Of a stretch of 64,000 nucleotides of DNA, positions 1-12,300 are shown piece after piece. The notes below the pieces were generated by a model that ran no database searches, was not told the origin of the DNA, and was given only the letters and a program-made list of their open reading frames with translations. The position numbers and the translations under genes were made by a program. This DNA is from Candidatus Uhrbacteria bacterium (lineage in GTDB: Bacteria > Patescibacteriota > Patescibacteriia > UBA9934): contig CAIKHN010000003.1 in assembly GCA_903827265.1 (NCBI GenBank), positions 24,392 through 88,391 on the forward strand, read 5' to 3'. The first letter of the stretch is position 1. Each line of letters starts with the position of its first letter.

Positions 1-194
1 TTCTCGAAAAGTATTTGCCAGCGCAAATGACCGATGGCGAGCTCGAGGAGAGAGTACGTGCAAAGCTTGCTGAGCTCGGTATTACCGACATGGCATCGGT
101 TGGCAAAGCAATGGGCGCGCTTATGGCGGATTTGAAGGAATTTGCTGACGGCTCTCGTATTAAGGCGACAGTCGATAAGATTCTCAAGAAGTAA
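1..194 (+). CDS. GatB/YqeY domain protein, 3' part (truncated by window start)
   Basis: Frame from base 3 reads LEKYLPAQMTDGELEERVRAKLAELGITDMASVGKAMGALMADLKEFADGSRIKATVDKILKK*, a typical YqeY C-terminus. Confidence 0.85.
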   Translation, partial: LEKYLPAQMTDGELEERVRAKLAELGITDMASVGKAMGALMADLKEFADGSRIKATVDKILKK

Positions 195-197
195 TTG

Positions 198-375
198 TCG
201 CGAGCTGGTGACTCGGGTACATGTTTCTTTGCTCACTCATCAACGGGTCCTGTCACCTCGGACCCCGTTACGGTGTCAGCTCGCACGTCACGTCTTCGAC
301 AATCATCATTGATATCTGTGCTCGTTGCGCTCCGTACGGGGGCCTCCCTCGGTGCCACCCGTTGATTCGTTCGCA
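198..375. repeat. Palindromic (REP-doublet-like) intergenic region upstream of hflX
   Basis: Hairpins GCGAGCTG..CAGCTCGC and AACGGGTCC..GGACCCCGTT; 230-285 and 319-375 are imperfect inverted copies sharing ATCAACGGGT and CCCCGT(T)ACGG. Confidence 0.55.
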
Positions 376-377
376 TC

Positions 378-1469
378 ATGTCCACTCCTCAAAAAACCAT
401 CCTTGCTGATCTCATTCATTTCCGCGCCAGTGCGCGGGAGGCTTCGGATAGGATGGAAGAGCTTGAGGAGCTTGTTCGAACATACGGTGGGGCAGTGGTG
501 GTGAAAAATATTCAGCGGAAGGAGAAGCCAGATGGCAGAACATTTATTGGCAAAGGAAAGGTTGAAGAAATTCTCGCAGATGCACAGGCGCTTGGCGCAA
601 CGCTTCTTGTGGTGAGCCATGTCCTCAAGCCAAGCCAGATTTTTCATTTGGAGGAGGAATTGAAGCCGGCAAAGATGCGTGTGTGGGATCGAACAGATCT
701 TATTTTGAATATTTTCGACAAGCACGCAAAAACCACGGAGGCGAAGCTTGAGATCGAACTTGCGCGTATTCGTCACATGGGGCCACGAATTTATGACATG
801 GGCGAGCAGCTTGGCCGTCAGCGCGGTGGAACCGGTACTCGTGGCGGAAGTGGAGAAGGAAACACGGAGGCGATGAAGCGGCACTTGAAGGAGCAGGAGC
901 GCGCAATCATGAAGAAATTGGAGACGTATCAGGGCGTTCGTGATCGGCAACGTGAGCGACGAGATAAAATGCGCCAACGGACGGTTGCTTTGGTCGGTTA
1001 CACGAATGCGGGGAAGACCTCATTGTTGAATGCGCTCACCAAGCGAAAGGAATACGCAGCGAACGCGTTATTTGCGACGCTTGATACTCGTGTTGGAACA
1101 ATGTATTTGCCGGCGCTCGAAGGCACGGCATTGCTTTCAGATACGATCGGATTTATTCAGGGCCTTCCGCCCGAACTGTTAGCGTCGTTTCGTTCAACGC
1201 TCTCTGAGGCGATCAGCGCCGATCTTTTGCTTCACGTCATCGATGCCGCCGACGACAAGCGCGAGGAGAAGATCGCAGTCGTCGATGATATTTTGAAAAA
1301 ACTTGGCGTAACAGACACTCCTGTTATTCGTGTGTTCAACAAGATTGACGCGTGGCATCAAGGTTCTTTTCCTATGGAGGAAGGAATGATCGCGGTGTCC
1401 GCAAAAACTGGTGAAGGACTTGAACACTTGCGTGACGCTATTGCACACATCTTTTCCCCAACGAAATAA
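378..1469 (+). CDS. hflX: GTPase HflX
   Basis: GKGKVEE, DRTDLILNIF..HA, GYTNAGKTS (G1), LFATLD (G2), DTIGF (G3), NKID (G4), SAKTG (G5). Confidence 0.95.
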   Translation: MSTPQKTILADLIHFRASAREASDRMEELEELVRTYGGAVVVKNIQRKEKPDGRTFIGKGKVEEILADAQALGATLLVVSHVLKPSQIFHLEEELKPAKMRVWDRTDLILNIFDKHAKTTEAKLEIELARIRHMGPRIYDMGEQLGRQRGGTGTRGGSGEGNTEAMKRHLKEQERAIMKKLETYQGVRDRQRERRDKMRQRTVALVGYTNAGKTSLLNALTKRKEYAANALFATLDTRVGTMYLPALEGTALLSDTIGFIQGLPPELLASFRSTLSEAISADLLLHVIDAADDKREEKIAVVDDILKKLGVTDTPVIRVFNKIDAWHQGSFPMEEGMIAVSAKTGEGLEHLRDAIAHIFSPTK

Positions 1470-1504
1470 TCTTCGTGTTCGTTCCGGTGCGGTATACTAG
1501 TGCC

Positions 1505-3304
1505 ATGGATTCATCATTGGTTCGCAAGATGCTTCGTCGCGGTTCCATGCTTGCTGCGGCGGTGCTCATGATTGGGGTGCCGTTCTTCGTTTTTGCTGCA
1601 GACGCAAACCTTTCGTCGGTTGCTTCTACATCAGGACTTGGAACCGACAGTCTCATGACGATTATCGGACGAATCATCAACGTCGTCCTTAGCGTTTTGG
1701 GCGTGATCTTTTTAATTCTCATGGTGTACGCCGGTGCAATCTGGATGACGGCTGGTGGCGACGGTAAGAAGGTCGACAAAGCAAAAGGGATTTTGATCAA
1801 CGCGGTCGTTGGTTTGATCATCACCATGTCGGCGTACGCAATTTCCGTATTCGTTATCAATCTCCTTTCCGATGCAACAGGCGGATCTGGCAACGGAAGC
1901 TCATCCGGAAGTGTTTCGGTCGAGGCCCTTTCAAACTCATTGGGCTCCGGCGTGATCCGCGATCACTATCCTGCTCGTGGAGCAACAGATGTTTCGCGCA
2001 ACACGCGAATCTTTGTGACGTTCCGTGATTCGATGGATCCGTCATCGTTCATTACCGGATATGACACAAATGGCACGCCATCAGATGTTTCTGACGATAC
2101 GTCTGCAACAGCAATTGAGAACAGCAATGTAAAAATCTATGCTCGTGCAAGCGGCGACACTGCGGCGCTTACTGATGTTTCCGTTTCGTTTACGGACGAC
2201 TTAAAAACATTCGTGTTTGACCCAACAGAATATCTCGGCTCTGCAACAGAAGACGTCACGTACGCCGTGTATCTGAGTGATTCCATTAAAAATACTGACG
2301 GCGATACTCCAATCGATTCTGGCGGGTATCTCTGGTACTTCACCACAGGAACAACTGTCGATATCACTCCGCCAACCGTTGAATACGTCATGCCGGCAGA
2401 CGGCACGACGAAAGATCGAAATATCGTTGTACAAGCGGTGTTTAGTGAGGCGATCGATCCAACGTCAGCAACCGGAACGCGTTTAAATGATAGTGGATTC
2501 TCAAATATTCAAATCGTTGGCACGTCATCGACTGCGCCAGTTGCCGGAGAATACGTTATAAGCAACTCGTACAAAACCGTCACATTCACCTCTACCGATG
2601 CGTGCGGAACAAATTCGTGCGGCGAAACCATTTACTGCTTGCCTGGTGGGGAATCGGTAACAGGAACCATCTCTTCCGCGACGCCAACAAGTAGCACCGA
2701 TGCCGCGGCCTCGGTGTTCCCATACGACGGCATCGTCGACACATCCGGTAACGCGCTCGATGGAAATGCAGACGGTTCGGTTGGTACTGATGACGACTAT
2801 TCGTGGGGCTTCACCACAACGAATGACATTAACCTCGATGCGCCGGCTATTGAGAGCATTATTCCAAATATTGAAGAAGAAGACGTTGCGCTCGATCAGC
2901 CGATTCAAATGACATTCGACGGAATCATCGATGCGTCAACAGCAAACTCGTCGAACATTATTGCGACAAATAAGGAAATGACGAGCGGGAAAAGTCATGA
3001 AATGTGGTACTCGTTCAAGGTAACATCGCTGACGTCTGACGGCGAGGAAGTTCTTGTCGCGTCGCAAACGCCAGCAAAATCGCTTGTCACAATTTCCCAC
3101 GGAACGTTCCTTGCATCCGACGCAACGGTGCCGCTGTCATACATGTACGGCATTTCTGCAAACGACGGCGTGCAAAATGAGTATCAAAACTGTTTTGTTC
3201 CAGGCGAAGGACCGGATGCTTCTGGGAATACTTGTGGAACAACAACAGCGGTTCCGTACTGTTGTAATGGTACTGCGCAGGCAGCTGCCTGCACGCTCTT
3301 CTAA
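1505..3304 (+). CDS. Surface protein: TrbC/VirB2-like (T4SS-type) pilin N-terminus plus bacterial Ig-like domains
   Basis: IIGRIINVVLSVLG..MVYAGAIWMTAGG..VDKAKGILINAVVGL pilin motif; Ig-like segments (P..G.TDV.RN..I.VTF; WYFTTG..D.TPP). Start could be 1475, 1505 or 1529. Confidence 0.75.
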   Translation: MDSSLVRKMLRRGSMLAAAVLMIGVPFFVFAADANLSSVASTSGLGTDSLMTIIGRIINVVLSVLGVIFLILMVYAGAIWMTAGGDGKKVDKAKGILINAVVGLIITMSAYAISVFVINLLSDATGGSGNGSSSGSVSVEALSNSLGSGVIRDHYPARGATDVSRNTRIFVTFRDSMDPSSFITGYDTNGTPSDVSDDTSATAIENSNVKIYARASGDTAALTDVSVSFTDDLKTFVFDPTEYLGSATEDVTYAVYLSDSIKNTDGDTPIDSGGYLWYFTTGTTVDITPPTVEYVMPADGTTKDRNIVVQAVFSEAIDPTSATGTRLNDSGFSNIQIVGTSSTAPVAGEYVISNSYKTVTFTSTDACGTNSCGETIYCLPGGESVTGTISSATPTSSTDAAASVFPYDGIVDTSGNALDGNADGSVGTDDDYSWGFTTTNDINLDAPAIESIIPNIEEEDVALDQPIQMTFDGIIDASTANSSNIIATNKEMTSGKSHEMWYSFKVTSLTSDGEEVLVASQTPAKSLVTISHGTFLASDATVPLSYMYGISANDGVQNEYQNCFVPGEGPDASGNTCGTTTAVPYCCNGTAQAAACTLF

Positions 3305-3313
3305 ACATCTTCT

Positions 3314-6300
3314 GTGAAACGTCGCATTGCAAAACTCTTTGCTACCGGATGCCTCAGCCTTCTTTTGGGCCTTGGGGCATTTGGCGTTCATCCTTCTGCT
3401 GTATTTGCTGCAGATGCAACGACGGACGCGCTTGCAACGGTTGGAGATCAGACGGGGCTGAGCACCACGGATCCAAAAATCATCGTCGGGAACATGATCC
3501 GAACCGGACTTGGCGTTCTCGGCATCATTCTTGTGTGCGTTATTGTGTACGGCGGTTTTGTGTGGATGACTGCTGCTGGCAGGCCAGATCAAGTTGACAA
3601 GGCAAAGAAGATCCTTGTAAACGCGGTCATTGGTTTGATCATCATTCTCTTGTCTTGGAGTATCGCGTCATTTATTGTTTCGTCATTAACGAATGCAACC
3701 GGTACGGGCGGTGGTAACGGTGGCGGCGGTTCGGGTGGAACTGGTGGATACGGCTTAGGCGGCGGAAGCGCGTCGGCATTCACGGTCACTGGCTTCTCTC
3801 CAGATGGCGCGGTGTCAATCCGCAACATTGTGCCGCGAATTACATTCAGTAAGTCTGTCGATAGTGCGACGGTCAATGGAAATGTTTCAATTGCGGACGC
3901 TTCTGGGACTGCGGTCGCTGGAGCATTCGTCGCGACCGGAAATACGGTGAAATTTACGCCGACGGCAACGTGTCCAGAGCCAAATGCAGATCGATTTTGT
4001 TTTGACGAAAGCGCAACATTTACCATCACCGTATCTGCAGGGCTCCTGAGTTCCGGCGGTACGCAGATCTCGTGCAGTACAACGGCGCCATGTACGGCAA
4101 CGTTTACATCAGGTTCTGTTGTCGATACGAAAAATCCTTCTGCAACAATTTCGTATCCTGATGGTACGGTTCCAACGGCATCAACAACAGATTTTCAAGT
4201 TATTGCAACCGACGACGCTGGCGTTTCTACCGGAGACTTCTTTGTTGATGACGAATGGCAGGACACGGTTCCTGGCACTGGTACGGTTGATGAAACGATT
4301 TCAACCATTATCGATACATCAAGTTTTGTTGATGGTACGCGGTACACATTTAAGGCAACGGTAACCGACCTTGCGGGCAACGAGGACTCTGACAGCGTTT
4401 CTGTCCGTGCGAAGCCAGAATGGTGCTACAACGGTGTCGCGGATACAGATCTTGGGGAGACCGGCATTGATTGTGGTGGCGATTCTTCGCTTACAACGTA
4501 TTGTGGCGCTTGTGATGGATCGAGTTGTACCGAAAGCAGTGAATGTTCGAGCGGATCATGTGTGAGCGGCGTTTGCGTGTCGAATCCGGCGATTACGGGA
4601 ATTTCTCCAGAGGATGGCGCTGTTGGAACGTATGTCACGATTTCCGGAACAGACTTTGGTTCAAGCACCGGAACGGTCTTCTTCACTGATGCTGCGGGTA
4701 CTGGAACGGTTGCCGCGAAAGTATTAACGAGTTGCGCTGATGGCTGGAGTGATACGCAAGTGGTTGTTGCGGTTCCATCAGGTGCTGGCGACGGACCAAT
4801 CACGCTCATGAATGGCAACGATGTTTCCGATAGCACGAATGACGACGCTGGCGAGCTGGTTCCGAATTTCGATGTGAACGATACGGTGCACCCAAGCTTG
4901 TGTTCGCTTTCAACATCTTCTGGAACATCAACATCGGCACTGACACTTTCTGGTGCAAATTTTGGCGATTCGCAAGGAACATCAGCGGTTTCCTTCTCTG
5001 CAACGGCTGCAGGATCATATACTTCATGGTCTGGAAGTGCGGTGAAGGTTACAGTTCCTTCTGCAGCGGCTGGCGATTACGATGTTGGCGTAACGGTTGG
5101 CGGCGAAACATCGAATACTCTCGCGTTCTCGCTCACAAAAGCAACGACTGATGCTTCAACGATTACTGATGTGAGTCCGTCAGAGGGCGGCATCGGCCAG
5201 TACGTCACTATCGCGGGAACGAATTTCGGGTCATCCGTTGGAACTGTGACGTTTACAAGCGCTTCCGGCGACACTGCAACAGGAAGCATCGATTTTCCAG
5301 CAGCGTGTAGTAGCGATTATTGGGACGCAGACCAAGTGATCATTATCGTCCCAGAGAAATTCGATAACGGTACTGCGCTGAGTACTGGTTTATACACCAT
5401 ATCGATTACCAATCAAAAAGGCGTGACGTCGTCGTCTGCGGATTTCACGGTAACCGATGCATCGCCTACACCTGGAATTTGTCGCATGACGTCGTCGGCC
5501 GATGTTGGAGATACCGTCACGATTTCTGGTGATCATTTTGCGCTTGCAACGGACACTGTTACGTTTTACAACGGCGTGAAAACATTAACCGCAACATCGT
5601 GGAACAATAGTGCGATTACTGTTGTTGTTCCAGAAGGATCGGTGACCGGTCCAGTAACGGTGACGGTTGCTGGCGTTGAGAGCAACTCTGCAAATTTGAG
5701 CGTTGGTACAACATCGACGTCATCAACATCGACGGTTGCTGCGGCGTATGCGTGGGATTTCTCCACCGGAACTATCGCGCGAGTGCCATCGGTGGTGAGC
5801 GAATGTTCTGCGGATACTGTTTCCGCAGTTCCAAACAGCCGCTATTCTGAACAGGCTGAGATCTGTGTGAATGCTGTCGTGTATGCAGAATTTACGACGC
5901 TCATGAACGAGGCAACGGTGGAAGATGCAATAACAGTTGAGAAGTGTACGGCTTCAGTGAGTAGCACGAGCGACGATCCTTGCGCGACTTCGGAAACGGT
6001 TTCTGGAACAGCGACCGCGGCTTCTGGTTCGTCGTCGACACACGTAACATGGATTCCCGATACTGATTTTTCTTCTGACACCACGTATCGCGTGACGATT
6101 TCTACGGGAGCGCTTTCGGCAGATAGCATTGCGATGGCAGCAGATGCGACATGGAAATTTACGACTTCGACCACAACGGACGCGTGTGTTGTTGATCGCG
6201 TAACGGTGACGCCTTCTGAAGATTCGCTTGCAGTTGATGGCGAAACAGCAGGATTCTCTGCAAACGCAGGAACAGGATGTGTTGTTGTTGATAGCTCCGA

Positions 6301-9300
6301 CTACGCGTGGGATTGGTCGGTTGATTCGTACTCTTATGTCGATTTTTCTTCGACCGCGGATTCGAAGTGCGTTGGCGATCCAACGGCGTGCGCAACACTT
6401 GAGGCGCTTGCCGAAGGAAAAACAACGGTTACCGCAACGGCAATAAACGCCGAAGGATCAGGAAGCGTTTCAGACGGCGCAACGCTTACCGTTAATTTTA
6501 CCGATCCATACATTGCAAGTTACGCCCCAAATTGTACTGAAGCCTGTACGAATGCTTCGGTGTACGCAACGTTTAATACGGCAATGACGGAATCAGACAT
6601 TACGGCGGGGGATCACGTCGTACTGTACGAATGCACCAACGAATTGTGTACAAACCTTACGCGCGTCGATGCAAATCCATCATGTACATTCGATTCGTCA
6701 GACACCGCGCGTTGCACCGGATTCGCATTTAATGCATCAACACTTTCTGCGGGAAAGTACTATCGTGTGGTGGTGTCCGGAGATGTCGCGAGTTCAAGCG
6801 GCGTTGCGCTGATTCGAACAAATTACGGCTCTGATTATTCATGGACCTTCCGTGTTCGTGAAGACGGAACTGCGTGTGCAGTGGAGCGAATCGATCTTTC
6901 TCCAACAAATCCAATCGTTTCTGCAGTTGGCGACGCAACGGCATTTACTGCTGAGGCTTTTGGTGCAGCTGATTCGTGTTCGACGTCTGGTCAGAAGCTT
7001 GCGGGCGCTGATTACAACTGGGGCTGGACCGATCCGATTCCTGATTCTGATCAAAATACTGAAACGACGGGCTACACTGCCGCATGGAGCACGATTTCTG
7101 GATCGCTGTTTGACGGCGGCGGTAGCGCTATCGTTGAGGGGTGTTCGGCATTGTGTACACCAATCGGTAGCTCGCCGTTCCAGGCAATTTGCGGCGATGG
7201 CGTTTTGGATCAAGATGCAGATGGAAGTGGTGAAGAATGCGATGACAGCAATACCACCGATCACGATGGTTGTTCATCGACGTGTTTATTTGAGGGCTCT
7301 GCCGCCTGCGCGATAGCTGGAGTTGGCACGAATTGCTGCGGCAACGGATCGATTGACGTTGCGTACGCAAGCGATGTCGCAGAAAGCTGTGACGACGGCA
7401 ATGTGGTAAACGGCGACGGCTGTTCTTCGACATGTTTAGCGGAAGGCTCTGCATCCGTCGGTGCAACGTGTGGAAATGACGATATTGCATTTGATGCAAC
7501 GACCCACGCTGGAGAGCTTTGTGATGATGGAAATAACGCAAGTGGCGATGGCTGTTCCCGTCAATGTTTGCCTGAAGGATCACGAAGCTTGGCATCGCTT
7601 GGTGGCGCATTGTGTGGCGACGGAACCATTACTTCGCCATACGAAACATGCGACGACGGCAATACCAAAAATGACGATGGCTGTTCTTCGACGTGTGTTC
7701 GCGAAGGATTGGCAGCATGTACTTCGGTGGTAAAAAACAATTGTTGTGGAAACGCGACGGTTGATCAAAATACAATTACTGGAGCGGGTGAGGATTGCGA
7801 TCCTTCCGCTGGCACGGAAGGCTGTACAAGTACGTGTACTTTTGAAGGATCATCTGTTGATTACGCGATGCCGTCAGTTTGTGGCGACGGCGTTGTAGGA
7901 CTTGGTGAATACAGTGCTTGCGAATCATCGAGTGCAACCGGTGACGGCAACGTTGATCCTATTCAGGTTGCATACATGTCGTCTGATGCGGTGAAGGAAG
8001 TAAATCCAACCACGAAAGAAGCGATTGCGACAGTGACGGTTTCCGAATCAACGTCTGGACTGTATGCAACGTCAGACTTTGCCTTAACGTGTGCTGCCTC
8101 GAGTGATCAAGACTGTTCTGACCCTGAAACAACCGGTGTCGGAACCTCGAATTGCTGTGTGGAGCGTCCAACATTAGAATCATCATCGCCGACTGGAGCG
8201 TCAGTTTGCCGAAATGCTGCAATCAATGGCGTGTTCTCTGAAGAAATGAACAAAGGTTCGTTTGCCTTCTCGGAAACATCTGGTTCAACCACCACGACAA
8301 CGCCGTACATGTACGTCAAATTGAATTTGGCGTCAGGACAGAGCTGTCCAAGCGGGTACACCACTCTCGCGGTTGCAAAGACGTCGCTGTTTGGCAGAGT
8401 TGTCGGTACAATCCGAACATTCTTCTTTGGTGAGAATGCCGAGGCCGCTGCAGCTGCTGGCGCTGCCGATTCTGGTGACTGCATTTTGCCAACAGACTCA
8501 TACACGCAAACGGACATGGGAGACGGAACGTTCAAAGTTTCACTCAACTACAGCACTGCGCTTGAGGCTGATTCGTCGTACACGCTGGTGATTGTTGGCG
8601 ACGACGATACGTCAGACGCCGCAACCGAGGGGGTAACGTCGAAACTTGGTGCAGGAATGAATGGCACGCAGTTCGCCACATTCACGACGGGAACCGATAT
8701 TTGTACGCTCGATGTCGTTTCTGTCGACGACACGAACGCTGACAGTCCAAACACATTCACCACAACGAACGAATCGCACACCTTTACTGCAACCCCGATG
8801 TCGTACAGCGGAAGCACCCGTCAGGAAATCACCAGCATTCCTGACGTGTATAGCTGGACATGGTCAGGTTGGAAGAGTAGTGATACCGCACTCTTCACCG
8901 CAACACAGGGCGACGCAACGGCGCTCGATACTGCCGCAGTTGTTGCAGTTGGCGATAACGGAGACGCAACCATCGTCGCAACAGCAACGGTGACCGATTC
9001 AACCGGAACAACGGCGAAAACATCAACAGTCGACGGTGCGGCAGACGTCACGGCACTCTTGTGTGAGGATCCATGGCCGGTGTTGTCGTCGTTCCCATGG
9101 ACTGACGACGGTTTTGGTGACAGTGGCGCAGCAGTTGGAACGAGTGGCTACATGAACTTCGCGGTTGCGTATTGTAAGGATTACGGCACGGATAATGATT
9201 TAACCGATAACTTGCCAGACGTGAAGGTTGTGTTGGCGCCGTCATCTCCGTCGTCAAAAGTCTTGAAGGAATATTTGTTTGAAATCGATCCTTCGTCGTC

Positions 9301-12300
9301 GACAGCATCAATTGGCGATGCGGGCGATGTCGTTGGTGTACGTATTTTGAGCAATGCCGATTACTTGAGCCCAATGGCGTGGTATGAGGCGCAAGGATTC
9401 ACTGGTAGCCCAACCGAAACAACGGTCGATGGATTCCAGGCTGTTACTGACGACCGATCGACGTACGTTGCGATGGCGAACTCCACAACGACGGGATTGT
9501 ATTCGAACATTTTCGTTGTTTCGTATAACGAAGGAGCATCGGATGTCACGAAGGAGGTATACAACCAAATCCTGAAAAACTTGAGTTTCTTAACAAACGT
9601 TACCGATACTCCAGTGTGTAGCGTCACGGCAAGCACGTCATGTTCGAAAGACGCTGACTGTCCGGCGGGCGAAGCATGTTTGGACGACAAAGCGAAAATC
9701 ATGCGCGACACTGCGCGTCTTGGGGATATAAAAGACATCGGCATCGCGGTTGATGCATACAGCGCCGACAACAAGACGTGTAGCAGTACGACGTCGCAAA
9801 GCTGTGATGCTGACAGCGATTGTCCGGGAGATGAAACATGTGAGGTAACGGTTCCTGCATTGTCGTCGGGGACATCGGTGCGGTCATTAGCATCAAGCGC
9901 GTGGAGTTCGTGGCAGGAAACGCTCGGTGGTGCGGTGGATGGCTCTGCACTTCCAACGGATCCGCTGAATACGTACGCGACATGTTCAGGCTATGACGCT
10001 GCAACATGTGTGAACCAAACAAGCGGTTCGTATTCCTGTCCAACCGGATCATTCGTGTATCACTATCGATCGGTTGGCGCTCGCGATTACGAAGTTGCAA
10101 CAGAATTGGAGTACACCGCGTTGTCATGGGTGAATGACGTTGATGCTGACGGCACTGACAACGTGACGTTCTACACGTCTTCCTATTGCGATGGCGATGT
10201 GTACGGTTCATCGAGCACCTGTGGCGATGGGATCATCGGAACGAGCAACAACGGAACATCGGATGACACAACGGATGATTACACCGAAACGTGTGAAATC
10301 GGCCAGGTTCATGCCGAGGCTTGTACAACAACCGACGGCGCAACAGGAACGGCGAATGCAACATGTAATAGCACGTGTACGGGTTACGACGCTGTCCCAT
10401 CTGACGCAGCATGTACGGCAACGTCGTGTGGCGATGGCATTGTGAATGGAGTTGAGGAATGTGACGATGGCGCAAAGAATGGGGAGTACGGCTATTGTGG
10501 TGATTCATGTACGTTCGCAAGCGGATCATATTGTGGCGATGGTGTTATTTCCGGTGGTGAGGCGTGTGATTGTGGCGATTCATCAACAACAGCAACAGCA
10601 AGTTCACGTCCATATGCCGGAAGCGCAGGATCATGTGCCGGATACAACGGAGCATACGATGCCGATCAGCATGCGACGTGTGCCTGGGACTGTACTGGCC
10701 CTGCGAGTTACTGTGGCGATACGACGGTGGATTCTGGCGAGTCATGCGACGGAAATGCCGACGCGTATACCGGAAAGATCTGTGCTGACGGTGTGACGAA
10801 ATGTACGACGGATACGGATTGTGGCGGCGCAACATGTGGAGGATTGCTCAACGGTGAATGTCCGTCGCAAGGCTACTTATGTAACGGCGGAACAAACGAT
10901 GGTTACGTATGTTACTCGCCATCATGGTCAATCGCTGCAAATTACGTTGGCGATTATTTCTGTGAAACACTCGGCGGGGGAACGTGTGAACGAAACGAGC
11001 GATCGTACCAGACGTATCACACACGAACCTGTGACGACGGATCATCAACGTCGATGTGTGGCTGGAACGCATGGGAATACTGCAATGCAAACGGTCAATC
11101 GTGTGGAAATGGCGTGGTTGATGGCGACGAAGAATGTGATGACGGAAATGACGTTGCAACAGATTCGTGTACAACCGCATGTACGGTAAACGTTTGTGGA
11201 GATGGATATTTGTACACGGGTTCAGAAGAATGTGATCAGGGCACGTCAAACGGCGCAGCATGTGACTCCGCCTATGAATCAACGTGCACGGCATGTTCAA
11301 CAACATGTCACTACACGGTGTCTTCCGGTGAATTCTGCGGTGACGGCGTGATTAATGGAACGGAATATTGCGATGGATCCGACGTTCCGTATGTTTGGTA
11401 CAACTATTACTCAAGCACAAATGGTCAACCGGTAAGCCTTGGATCATGTACCGCGGCACAGGCTGGCGATGGATACGTTGACGACATGGGCGGTCCGTAC
11501 ACCTACGTCGATTCTTCCGGAGCGACACAGTCGCTTACACAAATTGTCTGTGCTCAGGTTGGATTGTGTAACGGTGGAACGAATAATGGGGGAGACTGCG
11601 CTTCAGATAGTCAGTGTACGAATGGCGGAGACTGCGTAATGCCGGTGTGTAATGCATCGTGTAGCGCGTCGTGCCCAACGGCTGAAAGCAGTGTGGCGTT
11701 ACTCCTCACCACAAACCAGCCGGGTGCAATTGGTGCAGCGGATGTTGATGTGTACTCTTACAGCAGTTCAAGCTCCTCGAGTCTTCCGAATGCAGCAACG
11801 ATTATGGTTCCAGCGTGTACGGTTGCGGGAAACCTCGTTGCCGACGTGGACTTTAGTAACGTCACGCCTCCTGATGTGTACGTTGCATTCGTTACAGATC
11901 GATCAGGTTCGATGGGAACAAAGGATATGACTGGCGGAGAACAACGTTTGGCGGTTGCTCGCGACAGCATTACATCTGCAATAAAAACGTTGTTTGATGA
12001 ATTGGGCGAAACAGTACAGATCGGTTTGGCGAGCTTCGACTCGACGCTCTACACCTCGACAGCATTCACTACGAACGAACGAACGCTAACGGATGACGTT
12101 GCGGCATATACTGAAATTGGTGGTGGAACGAACACGTATCTTGGATTGAATGAAGCAAAATCCTTATTCGATGCAAAGGCTACTGGTTCGAATGTTGCGA
12201 AGATTGCGATTCTCTTAAGTGATGGTCAGCCATCGGATAGCTCGACGAGCTCGGTTGATGGTGTATCTGGCGCAACCGCATCAGCTGAAGCGCTCATCGC

